This document shows, piece after piece, positions 16,007 through 24,606 of a stretch of DNA of 45,094 nucleotides. Made by a program: the position numbers and the translations under genes. Positions within the stretch are counted from its first letter, which is position 1; every line of letters begins with the position of its first letter. The notes beneath the pieces were generated by a model that did not search any database, was not told where the DNA came from, and saw only the letters and a program-made list of their open reading frames with translations. The stretch is from Planctomycetota bacterium (GTDB taxonomy: Bacteria; Planctomycetota; J058): positions 1-45,094 of the forward strand of contig JAGQRJ010000198.1 in the NCBI GenBank assembly GCA_020425635.1, in the 5' to 3' direction.

Positions 16007-16822
16007 TTACCCAGCGGTCTCGCCCCGCCGACCGTAGGTCACGGGCGCGCCGCTGCCCGGGGTCTGACCCTGCACGTGGATCAACTCCCAGAGCTTGGCG
16101 TAGCGCAAGAACACGTAGATCGCCCCGAGCATGGCCACGATCAGGCCGCGCCAGCCGTCGAGGAAGCCCCGCTGGAGCACGAACATCTTCGTGAACTTCC
16201 AAGGCGGGTTGAACAGCACCTGGAGCGTGACGCCGCGCTGCCCACGGCTGAGCTTCTCCTTGGCGGCGATCGTGGAGAAGTAGTCGATCGTGCGCAGGTG
16301 GTCGGCGATCCCGTCGTAGGAGAGATGCTGGAGGTCGCCCGGGAGGCGCCCCTCGACGCAGCCTGCGTCGAGGCCCACGTGGTCGTGCGGGTTGACCCCG
16401 CCCCAGCGCCCCTTGGCGCGCTTGAACAGGCGCAGCTTGCGGTCGGGATACCAGCCCCCGTGGCGGATCCAGCGCCCGAGGTAGACGTTGCGCCGGTTGA
16501 GCCCGTAGCCGTCGGCGCGCGGCCCCTCGGCGAACTCGCGCTCGATCGCCTCGCGCAGCTCGGGCAGCACGCGCTCGTCGGCGTCGATACACAGCACCCA
16601 GTCGTGGGTCGCCTGTTCGATCGCGAAGTTCTTCTGCTCGATGTGCCCGGGCCAGTCGCGTTCGATCACCTTGGCGCCGCGCTGCACGGCGATCTCGCGC
16701 GTGCGATCGGTGGAGTGCGAGTCGACGACGATCACCTCCGCGCAGAAGGCTACGCTGTCGAGGCACTCGGCGAGCTTGGTCTCTTCGTTGAAGGCGATCA
16801 CGCAGGCGCTTATCGGGAGCAC
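16007..16822 (-). CDS. glycosyltransferase family 2
   Basis: C-terminal 271 codons of track ORF 16007..17566, from GTG 16822. Motifs ISACVIAFNEE, VVDSHSTDRT and CIDADE (DxD). Overlaps the upstream GT4 gene by 13 nt. Confidence 0.85.
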   Translation of the reverse strand: MLPISACVIAFNEETKLAECLDSVAFCAEVIVVDSHSTDRTREIAVQRGAKVIERDWPGHIEQKNFAIEQATHDWVLCIDADERVLPELREAIEREFAEGPRADGYGLNRRNVYLGRWIRHGGWYPDRKLRLFKRAKGRWGGVNPHDHVGLDAGCVEGRLPGDLQHLSYDGIADHLRTIDYFSTIAAKEKLSRGQRGVTLQVLFNPPWKFTKMFVLQRGFLDGWRGLIVAMLGAIYVFLRYAKLWELIHVQGQTPGSGAPVTYGRRGETAG

Positions 16823-17943
16823 GTCGGCTCCTCGCGTGCGCGCGCGGCAGGGCGCCCTTCGGCCACCGCCCGGTAGACCTCCCACAGCCGCGCCGCGCTC
16901 CGGGACCAGGTGAACCCCTCCGCGCGCAGCCGCCCCGCGGCGATCCGCGCCGCGCGGGCCGGGCCGTCGGCCACGGCCTGGCGCAGAGCCTCGGCGAGCT
17001 CCTCCACGTCGTCGGCGTCGGCGTGCCAGCAAGCGCCTCCGGCGACCTCGCGCACCGAGGGGTCGCGGCTGGCGACGACGGGGACCCCGTGCGCGAAGGC
17101 CTCGAGCACCGGGAGCCCGAAGCCCTCGTAGCGGGTCGGAAACAGGAGCGCCCGCGCCTCGCTCATGAGCGCCTCGACCTCCGCCCCAGGGAGGTAGGGC
17201 AAGCGCAGCACCCGCTCGCCGAGGGCGACCCGGCGCGGGCTCAGCGAGAACGCGTCCGCGCCGCGGCCGTCGGGCCCGACGACCACGAGCTTGGTCCGCG
17301 GACCGAGCTGCGCGCGCTCGAAGGCGAGCAGCGCGCCGAGGGTGTTCTTGCGCGCCGAGACCTCGCCCAGGACGAGCACGAAGGGGTCGGTGCCGACCTT
17401 GCTGCGCACGGCCTGGAGCGCCTTGGGGTCCGGCGCGGCGACGGCCGCGGCGAGGGGCACGACCGCCACGCGCTCGGCGGGCACGCCGAGGGTGTGCACG
17501 ACCTCGCGCTTGATCGCCTCGGTGTAGGTCACGATCGCCGTGGCGCGCTCGGCCACGGCCCGCCAATGCCCCTCACGCAACGCGAGGAAGCGCTCGGTGG
17601 CGAAGTCGGGGTTGCGCGCCGAGAAGTCGTGAACCGTGGCCACGAAGCGGGGACCCGAGAAGCGCGGCAGGCGCGCGTCGGGCCCGTGGAACACCTGCAC
17701 CCGACTCGCGAGCCGCCAGCTCAGGCGCTCGTGAAACAGCCGCGCGGGCGGGGGCAGGAAGTGCGCGCGTCTCCGCCAGCGCGAGAGCCGGTAGACGACC
17801 TCGAGCTCGGCGCCACCGGGCGGCGCCGCGCGCAGCCCCGCGACCAGCTCGGCGATCGCGCGCCCGACGCCCGTAGGGCGCGCCGAGGCGGCGGCGGTGG
17901 CGTCGATCGCGACCGAGAGCGGGCTGACAGGGGAGGGGCTCAC
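16810..17943 (-). CDS. glycosyltransferase family 4 (GT-B fold)
   Basis: EGFGLPVLEAFAHGVPVVAS (E-x7-E region) within a typical 377-aa GT-B architecture. Confidence 0.85.
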   Translation of the reverse strand: MSPSPVSPLSVAIDATAAASARPTGVGRAIAELVAGLRAAPPGGAELEVVYRLSRWRRRAHFLPPPARLFHERLSWRLASRVQVFHGPDARLPRFSGPRFVATVHDFSARNPDFATERFLALREGHWRAVAERATAIVTYTEAIKREVVHTLGVPAERVAVVPLAAAVAAPDPKALQAVRSKVGTDPFVLVLGEVSARKNTLGALLAFERAQLGPRTKLVVVGPDGRGADAFSLSPRRVALGERVLRLPYLPGAEVEALMSEARALLFPTRYEGFGLPVLEAFAHGVPVVASRDPSVREVAGGACWHADADDVEELAEALRQAVADGPARAARIAAGRLRAEGFTWSRSAARLWEVYRAVAEGRPAARAREEPTCSR

Positions 17944-18121
17944 GCCGGGATCTTAGCGCGTTTGCCGAGGGCCTCCGCGGGGGAAACTCAGCGCTCGGGC
18001 CGCGGCCCGCTGCGGGTCGCTACGCCAGCCCGAGCCGTCGGACGCTCGGCCGCTCCGGGGCGTGCTCTCGGCGGGAACCCTCGCCCCTCCCCCCCCGCCC
18101 ACTCCCGGCTAAGCTGGAGGC

Positions 18122-18904
18122 GTGAGGACCCGCGACGACGCCGAGGCCAAACCGCAGTACTGCGCCGAGTGCGCCGCTTGGCGCCCCGGTCGGATCTGCA
18201 CGCTGTGCGGGATCGACCTCGAGACCGGCAAGAAGGTCACGGCCGAGGAGCTCGAGGCCAGCGACGTGGCCTGGGGCGCCCTCGACGCGCCCTCGACCAA
18301 GGCCTACTTCAAGGTCCTCGCGCGCCAGATCCTGCCGAGCTTGCCGGGCGGGGTGCTGTGCGGGCTCTTCGTGTTCCTCGGCCTCGCGTTCCACACCTCG
18401 ACCTGGATCCCCGGCAACTTCGGCGACCTCCCCGGGCGACTCCTGGCCAGCTTCACGGCCACGCTGTGGCTGATCGAGCGCACCCGCGCCGCGCGCTCGC
18501 ACACGCCCGACTGGGACCCGATCGAGCTCGGGGGCTCGCTGTTTCGCGCGCTGCTCGTGTTTCCCTTGCTCGCGGGGCTGAGCATGAACCCGTCGCCCTG
18601 GGCCTACTGGGTCGCCGCCGGGTGCACGCCGCTGTTCCCGCTGCTCCTCGGCGCCTACAGTTCTGAGGATCCACGGGAGCTCTCGCCGGCGAACCTGGTC
18701 GAGGCGTTCCGCGGGACGACGGGCTACCTGCGGATCACCTTGGTCAGCGCGCTGGGCATGGCCGCCGCGATCTTCGCCCTCGGCTACAAGGAGGGCGCCG
18801 TGTCGTGGCGCGCCCCCCTCGTGGCCCTCGCGATCACCGCGGTCGGGACGGTGGTCGGCCTCGCGCGCCGCGGGGCCGAGCACATTCCCGACTACAGCGA
18901 CTGA
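18122..18904 (+). CDS. membrane protein with N-terminal zinc-ribbon
   Basis: GTG start preceded by GGAGG. CAEC-x11-CTLC zinc ribbon followed by about 5 hydrophobic segments. No family recognised. Confidence 0.55.
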   Translation: MRTRDDAEAKPQYCAECAAWRPGRICTLCGIDLETGKKVTAEELEASDVAWGALDAPSTKAYFKVLARQILPSLPGGVLCGLFVFLGLAFHTSTWIPGNFGDLPGRLLASFTATLWLIERTRAARSHTPDWDPIELGGSLFRALLVFPLLAGLSMNPSPWAYWVAAGCTPLFPLLLGAYSSEDPRELSPANLVEAFRGTTGYLRITLVSALGMAAAIFALGYKEGAVSWRAPLVALAITAVGTVVGLARRGAEHIPDYSD

Positions 18905-18920
18905 CGAAGCTGGGTCGCGC

Positions 18921-19583
18921 CTACTTCTTGTCGCCGCCGACCAGCTGGCGGTTGACCTTGCCGTCGTCGCCGTAGAACAGGAGCGCGGGGACGCCCTTGG
19001 TCGTCGAAGAGAGGATGATGCTGTGGCCTCCGTCGGCCTTCTTGAGGCTGAGGTTCGGCGAGCCGTTGCCCGCGACCCCGAGGCCGAGGCGCGTCTGCTC
19101 GGCCTCGTCGCTCATGATCAGGCCCGGCACGCCTGCGCTCGAGCAGGTGAGCCCGAGGCGCTTCTTGCCCTTGCCGTCCTGGAAGGCGAGCGAGGAGGAG
19201 GTGCCGTCTCCGCCGAGGCCGAAGGCCACGCGCACGTCGCCGTCGGGGCTGAGCATGGAGAGCGTGGGCGCGTCGCTGCCGGTCACGCTCAAGAGCAGCC
19301 GAGGCTTGCTGGCCTTGTCGTAGAACACGAGGTGCGGCGTCCCGTTGTCGCCGAGCTTGAGCTCGGCCTTGGTCTTGCCGTCCGCGCCCTGGAGCACGAA
19401 GCGCGAGCCCACGACCACGGCGCCCCCCTTGTCCTGCCCCTTGGCCGGCGTCATGAGGAACAGCCCCCCGCAGGCGAGCAGCGCGGCGAGGCAGGCCCCG
19501 CGCCAGCGTCGGGCCGCGCGGGCGTGGGTGGCCTCGAGGGCCTCGAGTCGGGCGAGCAGGGCAGCGGTGGCGGGCTGGGTCAT
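18921..19583 (-). CDS. signal-anchored protein made of about 7 tandem ~22-aa beta-hairpin-like repeats
   Basis: ATG 19583 is preceded by AAGGAG with 6-nt spacing. N-terminal TM segment ACLAALLACGGLFL. Repeats: VLQGADGKTKAELKLGDNGTPH / LVFYDKASKPRLLLSVTGSDAPT / LSMLSPDGDVRVAFGLGGDGTSS / LAFQDGKGKKRLGLTCSSAGVPG / LIMSDEAEQTRLGLGVAGNGSPN / LSLKKADGGHSIILSSTTKGVPA / LLFYGDDGKVNRQL. Confidence 0.6.
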   Translation of the reverse strand: MTQPATAALLARLEALEATHARAARRWRGACLAALLACGGLFLMTPAKGQDKGGAVVVGSRFVLQGADGKTKAELKLGDNGTPHLVFYDKASKPRLLLSVTGSDAPTLSMLSPDGDVRVAFGLGGDGTSSSLAFQDGKGKKRLGLTCSSAGVPGLIMSDEAEQTRLGLGVAGNGSPNLSLKKADGGHSIILSSTTKGVPALLFYGDDGKVNRQLVGGDKK

Positions 19584-19732
19584 GAGGTCTCCTTGGGAGT
19601 GCAAGGTTGGGCCGAGGTCTCGGCGAGCTGACGCAGCCAGGATCCATTGGATTCGAAGAGCGCGCTACCCCCGCCTGCGTGGCCGCGTGCCTCGTGGCGC
19701 GGTAGGCTCGCTGCCAGAGGAAGGGGACGCGC

Positions 19733-20872
19733 ATGCGGGTGGTGTTGTTGGGAGCGGGGTTGCAGGCGCAGGCCGCGTGCTACGACCTGGTGCAGCAGGC
19801 CGACGTGACCGAGGTCACGGTCGCCGACGCCGACCTCGGCGCGGCGCAGAAGCTCGCCGCGCGCTGGGGCGACCCGCGGGTCAAGCCAGTTCAGCTCGAC
19901 GCGGGCGACTACGACGCAGCGGTCGCGGTGCTGCGCGGGGCCAAGGCCGCGCTCAGCGCGGTGCCCTACCGCTTCAACGAGACCCTCGCCAAGGCCGCGG
20001 TCGCGGCGAAGTGCAGCTTCTGCGACCTCGGCGGCAACAACACGGTGGTCAACGCGGAGCTGGCGCTGCACGAGCAGGCTCAGGCCGCGGGGATCACGAT
20101 CGTCCCCGACTGCGGTCTGGCGCCGGGCATGGTCGCGGTGCTCGCCGCCGACGCGGTCGCGCACCTCGACCGCTGCGACAGCCTCGAGATCCGCGTGGGC
20201 GGGATCCCCACCGAGCGCGGGGGCCTGCTCGACTACTCGCTGCTGTTCAACATTCAGGGGCTGATCAACGAGTACGTCGAGGACGCGGTCGTGCTCGAGG
20301 GCGGCGAGCCAAAGGTCGTGCCCTCCCTCGAGGACTTCGAGACCCTCGAGTTCCCCGCGCCCTTCGGGACGCTCGAGGCCTTCACGACCTCGGGCGGGAC
20401 CTCGACCTTGCCCGAGACCTACCGCGGCAAGGTCCAGCGCCTGAACTACAAGACCCTGCGCTATCCGGGCCACGGCAGGGTGTTCCAAGCCATGCACAAG
20501 CTCGGGCTCTTGACCTGGGACGAGGTCGAGGTCGACGGGGTCATGGTGTCGCCGCGCGCGCTGTTCTCCAAGGTGGCCGAGCCCGTGCTTGACCGCGGCC
20601 TCGACGACGTGGCCCTGGTGCGCCTGACCGCCGCGGGCGAGCGCGGGGGAGCGCCCGTGACCCGCGTGTACCAAATGATCGAGTACGGCGCCCACGGGCT
20701 CACGGCCATGATGCGCGCCACGGCGTTCCCGGCCACGATCGTGCTCTTGATGCTCGCCCGCGGGCAGATCGAGGCCAAGGGAGCGCTGCCCCAGGAGCGC
20801 TGCGTCGACCCCGAGGCCTTCCTGCGCGAGCTCGCTGCGCGCGACCTGAAGGTCACGATCACGGAGTCGTAG
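19733..20872 (+). CDS. saccharopine dehydrogenase / L-lysine 6-dehydrogenase family NAD(P) oxidoreductase
   Basis: Preceded by GGAAGGGGA. Rossmann N-terminus MRVVLLGAGLQAQAACYDL, then CDLGGNN and IVPDCGLAPGM. Confidence 0.85.
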   Translation: MRVVLLGAGLQAQAACYDLVQQADVTEVTVADADLGAAQKLAARWGDPRVKPVQLDAGDYDAAVAVLRGAKAALSAVPYRFNETLAKAAVAAKCSFCDLGGNNTVVNAELALHEQAQAAGITIVPDCGLAPGMVAVLAADAVAHLDRCDSLEIRVGGIPTERGGLLDYSLLFNIQGLINEYVEDAVVLEGGEPKVVPSLEDFETLEFPAPFGTLEAFTTSGGTSTLPETYRGKVQRLNYKTLRYPGHGRVFQAMHKLGLLTWDEVEVDGVMVSPRALFSKVAEPVLDRGLDDVALVRLTAAGERGGAPVTRVYQMIEYGAHGLTAMMRATAFPATIVLLMLARGQIEAKGALPQERCVDPEAFLRELAARDLKVTITES

Positions 20873-20876
20873 CCGC

Positions 20877-21767
20877 GTGAAGGTCTTGGTCACTGGAGGG
20901 TCGGGGTTCCTCGGCTGCTACGTCTGCGACGCGCTCCTCGCGCGCGGGCACGGCGTGATCGGCACCTCCACCGACGGGCAGAGCCTGCCAGACGGCGTGA
21001 CCCGTGCTGCGCTGCGCCTCGACGACGGCGGACGCGAAGCGGCGAAGCTCGTGGGGAGCCTGTCTCCCGACGCGGTGCTGCACCTGGCCGCCTTCAGCGA
21101 CGCCGACCGCTGCGCCCAGGACCCGGCGGCGGCGCAGCGGGTCAACGCGCAGGCCACGGGGCGGATCGCGCACGCGGCGCACGCCCGCGGCGCGCACTTG
21201 ATCTATGCGTCGACCGACCTCGTGTTCGACGGGCGCGAGAGCCCCTACGCCGACGACGCCCCGCTCTCGCCCCTCGGCGTCTACCCCCTGAGCAAGGCCC
21301 TCGGCGAAGCCGCGGTGCGCGCGGTGAACCCGGCCTTCCTCGTGGCGCGCCTCGCGCTGATGTACGGGTTGAAGCGCGGACGGCACGGCTCGTTCACCGA
21401 TCACTTCGTCGAGCGGCTGCGCGCTGGGGAGCCGGTGAAGCTCTTCGTCGACCAGTGGCGCACCCCGGTCGAGGTCGGCGACGCGGCCCAGCTCCTGGTC
21501 GAGCTCCTCGAGCAGCGCACCCCGGGGGTGCTCAACGTCGCGGGGCCAGAGCGCGTCGATCGCCACGAGCTCGGCCTGGCCCTGGCGGAGGCCTTGGACC
21601 TCGACACCTCGCTCTGCCACCCAGGGCGCGTCGCGGACGCGGGCCTCGCGCCGCGCCCGGCCGACGTCGCCCTGGACGTGCGTCGCCTGACCGCGCTCCT
21701 CGGCCGTTCGCCGCTGGGGGTGGCCGAGGGCTGCGCGCGCGTCGCGGCGCGGCACACCGCCGGGTGA
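20877..21767 (+). CDS. RmlD-like (dTDP-4-dehydrorhamnose reductase family) SDR
   Basis: GTG start 4 nt after the previous stop. Motifs VLVTGGSGFLG, STDLVFDG and YPLSKALGE (YxxxK). Confidence 0.8.
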   Translation: MKVLVTGGSGFLGCYVCDALLARGHGVIGTSTDGQSLPDGVTRAALRLDDGGREAAKLVGSLSPDAVLHLAAFSDADRCAQDPAAAQRVNAQATGRIAHAAHARGAHLIYASTDLVFDGRESPYADDAPLSPLGVYPLSKALGEAAVRAVNPAFLVARLALMYGLKRGRHGSFTDHFVERLRAGEPVKLFVDQWRTPVEVGDAAQLLVELLEQRTPGVLNVAGPERVDRHELGLALAEALDLDTSLCHPGRVADAGLAPRPADVALDVRRLTALLGRSPLGVAEGCARVAARHTAG

Positions 21768-23722
21768 CCCCCGACCTCCCCTCCCGACTCGCGTCGGCCT
21801 GGTCCCTCGCCCGCCAAGCCCTCACCCGCACCCGGGTGGCGAAAGCCCTGCGCGGGCTCCCGGCGGGCCAACGCGGCTTGCTCGTCGACGCGGCCGGGTC
21901 CGAGGGCGCCGCGCTCGAGACGCTCACGGCGCACGCCGCCGAGGCCCTCGTCGCCGAGGCCTTCCTCCGCGCCCACGGAGGCGAGGCTTGGTGCGCGGCG
22001 ACCCGCGACGACCCCGCGGCGCGGGTGTGGGGAGCCGTGTCCGGCGTCGCGCGGCTTGGGCGCGAGCTGCAGGCGGCCGTCGCCGACCTCCCGCTGCCCC
22101 CGGCCGCCGAGGTCGCGGCCCGGCTCTTTCCCCGCGCGTCTCCCGAGCGCGCGACGAAGCGCCGGGGCGGGGTCTACACCCCGCCCGCTCTGGTCGGGCT
22201 CTTGCTCGACCTGCTCGACGCGCCCGCGGGGGCCACGATCCTCGAGCCCGCGGCTGGGGACGGAGCGTTCCTGCGCGCGCTCTGGGACCGGCGCGGCACC
22301 GGCGCAACCAGCGTGGGCCTCGAGCGGCACCCCTACGCCTGGCGCGCCGGGTGGACGGCGCTCGCCGTGCAAGGCCTCGCCCGCGGCCAAGGACCCGAGC
22401 AGGCGCCGCGCTGGGAGTGCGTCGACGCCCTCGAGCACGAGCCCTGCCCACGCCCTTGGGGGGTGGTCGGCAACCCGCCCTGGGTGCGGGCCGAGCGCCT
22501 CCCCGCGGCGCTGCGCGCCACGCTGCGCGAGCGCTTCCCCGAGCTCCGCGGCGGGAACCTCGACCTCTCCGCCTACTTCCTCCGGCGCGCCCTCGACTGG
22601 GTCGAGCCAGGCGGTCGGGTGGCCTTCGTGCTCCCCCAGGGCTTGCTCGAGTCGCGGGCGGCGCAGGGGCTGCGCGCGGCGCTGGCCGAGCACACCGTCG
22701 AGGCCGTGCTCAGCCTGGAGTGGGCGCCGCAGGTGTTCGCGGGCGCGCTGGTGATCCCCTGCCTGGTCAGCGTGACCCGCGCTCCGCCCGCGTCGCGGCA
22801 CGCGGTGCGCCTCGGCGCGTGCCAGCCCGGGCAGGCCTTCCCCACAGGCGTGCGCTGGTCGGAGGTGCCGCAGGCGCGGTGGCTGGGGCTGCAGCCAAGA
22901 GGGCCCTGGCCGACGCTCGTGCGCAAACCCGACCTGAGCGTGCTCGGTGCGCTGGCCCGCGCGCCGCGTCCGCTCGACGCGAGCTACGGGCTGGCGATTC
23001 GCACCCGCGCCAAGGCCGGAGACCTGATCGCCGAGGACCCCGAGCGGCTCGGCAGCCCGCGCCGCCTCCTCGACGGGCGCGAGGTCCGCACCTTCAAGCT
23101 CGACTGGAGCGGCCGCTGGCTCGACTACGACCCCGCGCGGATCAGCGACCCCAAGCCCGCCTCCTTCTTTCGCGCCCCGCAGGTGCTCTGCGCCCGGATC
23201 GCCCTCGCCCCTCAAGCGGCCGTCGACCCTGGCCCTGAGGCCTTCCTCGCGCGCAACACGGTCATGGTCGTGCGCGCCCCAGGCACCGCGCTGGAGGGTG
23301 CCCCCTACGCCCTGGCCGCGCTGATCAACAGCCTCCCGCTGCGGGTGTTCGCGCTCCTGGTGTTGCGCGCGGGCGTGCTGGCCAGTTCGCACCGCGCCAC
23401 GTGGTACGCCGGCTCCCTCGGGGCCTTGCCGATCCCGCGCGCGGTGCTGGAGGACGCCCCACCCCGCGCCGCCCTCGAGCGCCTGGGCAAGCGCGCGCAC
23501 GTCCTCGCCGCGCGCGGCGCCGCCGTCGAACTCGCCGCCTTGGAGGCCGAGCTCAGCGAGCGGGTCGCGGCGGCCTTCGAGCTCTCCCCCGCGCAGGCGC
23601 GTCAGCTGCGCAAGGTCGCCGCCCACCCCACCGTCGCCCCGCTGCTGTCCCCCGTAGAGCCGGGGGCCCCGACGCGCGCGATCCAGGCGCAGAGCTACAC
23701 GCCAGGAGAGCGCTACGCGTGA
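21764..23722 (+). CDS. gamma-class N6-adenine DNA methyltransferase (Eco57I/TaqI-like); no nuclease domain recognised
   Basis: GTG 21764 overlaps the upstream stop (GTGA); the earlier part of track ORF 21455.. is an off-frame shadow of the RmlD-like gene. Motifs in order: GGVYTPP, ILEPAAGDGAF, VVGNPPW, DLSAYFLRRALDWVEPGGRVAFVLP. C-terminal TaqI-C-like region LLDGREVRTFKLDWSGRWLDYDP. Confidence 0.8.
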   Translation: MTPDLPSRLASAWSLARQALTRTRVAKALRGLPAGQRGLLVDAAGSEGAALETLTAHAAEALVAEAFLRAHGGEAWCAATRDDPAARVWGAVSGVARLGRELQAAVADLPLPPAAEVAARLFPRASPERATKRRGGVYTPPALVGLLLDLLDAPAGATILEPAAGDGAFLRALWDRRGTGATSVGLERHPYAWRAGWTALAVQGLARGQGPEQAPRWECVDALEHEPCPRPWGVVGNPPWVRAERLPAALRATLRERFPELRGGNLDLSAYFLRRALDWVEPGGRVAFVLPQGLLESRAAQGLRAALAEHTVEAVLSLEWAPQVFAGALVIPCLVSVTRAPPASRHAVRLGACQPGQAFPTGVRWSEVPQARWLGLQPRGPWPTLVRKPDLSVLGALARAPRPLDASYGLAIRTRAKAGDLIAEDPERLGSPRRLLDGREVRTFKLDWSGRWLDYDPARISDPKPASFFRAPQVLCARIALAPQAAVDPGPEAFLARNTVMVVRAPGTALEGAPYALAALINSLPLRVFALLVLRAGVLASSHRATWYAGSLGALPIPRAVLEDAPPRAALERLGKRAHVLAARGAAVELAALEAELSERVAAAFELSPAQARQLRKVAAHPTVAPLLSPVEPGAPTRAIQAQSYTPGERYA

Positions 23723-23755
23723 CGCCGAGCGCGCCGCTGGCCCCTTTGCTCACCG

Positions 23756-23780
23756 CTTCGTGGTGAACCTTGCGGGGTAG
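23756..23780. repeat. degenerate right-half copy of the palindromic element (copy C)
   Basis: CTTCGTGGTGAACCTTGCGGGGTAG compared with the copy A/B core CTTCGTGGTGAGCTTTGCGGGCTAG. The left arm is not conserved. Confidence 0.35.
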
Positions 23781-23878
23781 CCGCCTGCGAAGCAGGCGGG
23801 CTGCGCTGGAGCGAGTCGGCGGCTCTGCCGCCGCGAGCGAGGCGCAAGCGACCGTGTGTACCCGGCCGCAGGCCGGGT
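23779..23878. other. cluster of three GC-rich stem-loops between convergent genes
   Basis: AGCCGCCTGC-gaa-GCAGGCGGGCT (23779..23802), CGGCGG-ctctg-CCGCCG (23817..23833) and ACCCGGCC-gca-GGCCGGGT (23860..23878). Confidence 0.4.
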
Positions 23879-23907
23879 CTCACTGTCTTGAACAACACGG
23901 CTGGCCG

Positions 23908-23953
23908 CACTTCGAATCCACGAGCGGAGCGAGTGGTGAGAAGTGCGGGCTAG
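23908..23953. repeat. interrupted copy of the palindromic element (copy D) supplying the FHA gene stop codon
   Basis: CACTTCG[aatccacgagcggagcga]GTGGTGAGAAGTGCGGGCTAG equals the copy A core CACTTCGTGGTGAG...GGGCTAG with an 18-nt insertion. The terminal CTA (23950-23952) is the stop of the minus-strand FHA gene. Confidence 0.4.
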
Positions 23954-24531
23954 ATCGCTCCCCCGAGGCAGAACTGGGCGTAGTCCCAGAGCGACTCGGG
24001 CTGAAAGAAGCGGGCCACGACGTCGGCGCCGAGGCGGACCCGATCGCCGTCGGCGATCGGGATCTTCTCCTTGGGGGTCAGCGGGGCGCCGTTGAGGAAG
24101 GTCCCGTTGGCGCTGGTGTCGTCGGCTATGAACCAGGTCTCGGTGGGGTGGGTGAAGATCACGTGGACCTTGGACACGGTGCGGTGGGCGATCACCACGT
24201 CGTTGTTCGGGGCGCGACCGACCGTGATCAACGAGCCGAAGGGGTTGCGGTCGCTCTTCTTCAGCCAGTAGACCTGCGACTCGGGGTCGATCATGGCCGA
24301 GGCCATGCGCGCCAGCTGCTTCGCCGACTCCAGCGGCCCGAGGACCTCCGTGCCGCCCCCGAGCACCCGGGACGCGCCGGAGGAGGGCAGGGGTTTGCTC
24401 GGGGTGTCTATGGGCCCTGCCCGCTCGACCCCGAGGGGGTCGACGACGAGCGCGGGGCACGTGTTCTCCGCGAGGAAGGCCTCGCGCGTTTGCCCTCCGC
24501 CTACCAGGTCACGCAGCGATCGAGCTTCCAT
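23950..24531 (-). CDS. FHA domain-containing protein
   Basis: C-terminal FHA signature ITVGRAPNNDVVIAHRTVSKVHVIF...ADDTSANGTFLNGAPL. The N-terminal ~90 aa is low-complexity. Confidence 0.8.
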   Translation of the reverse strand: MEARSLRDLVGGGQTREAFLAENTCPALVVDPLGVERAGPIDTPSKPLPSSGASRVLGGGTEVLGPLESAKQLARMASAMIDPESQVYWLKKSDRNPFGSLITVGRAPNNDVVIAHRTVSKVHVIFTHPTETWFIADDTSANGTFLNGAPLTPKEKIPIADGDRVRLGADVVARFFQPESLWDYAQFCLGGAI

Positions 24532-24606
24532 GCAGGTCCGTTCTGGCGCTCCGCCGCATGCACTGTAGTCCCTCCGCGGAGCGGCGTCGACACACCCCGC
24601 AGGAGT

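Noticed and set aside
21455-21763. The upstream extension of the methyltransferase ORF (track start 21455).
   Set aside because: It overlaps the RmlD-like gene in another frame and is RGRRRGP-type shadow sequence. The GTG at 21764 gives the classic GTGA overlap with the upstream stop.
23911-23919. TTCGAATCC, which resembles a tRNA T-loop and suggests a tRNA or tmRNA fragment.
   Set aside because: The flanks give no T-stem complementarity (GCAC / ACGA), and there are no acceptor, D or anticodon arms. The string lies within the 18-nt insertion that splits repeat copy D.
19584-24606. A search for a restriction endonuclease, specificity subunit, helicase or other defence partner around the methyltransferase.
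   Set aside because: I could recognise none by motif; the neighbours are oxidoreductases, a repeat protein and an FHA protein. Absence by eye is not proof, so the locus is reported as a finding that needs an HMM-based check rather than called an R-M system.
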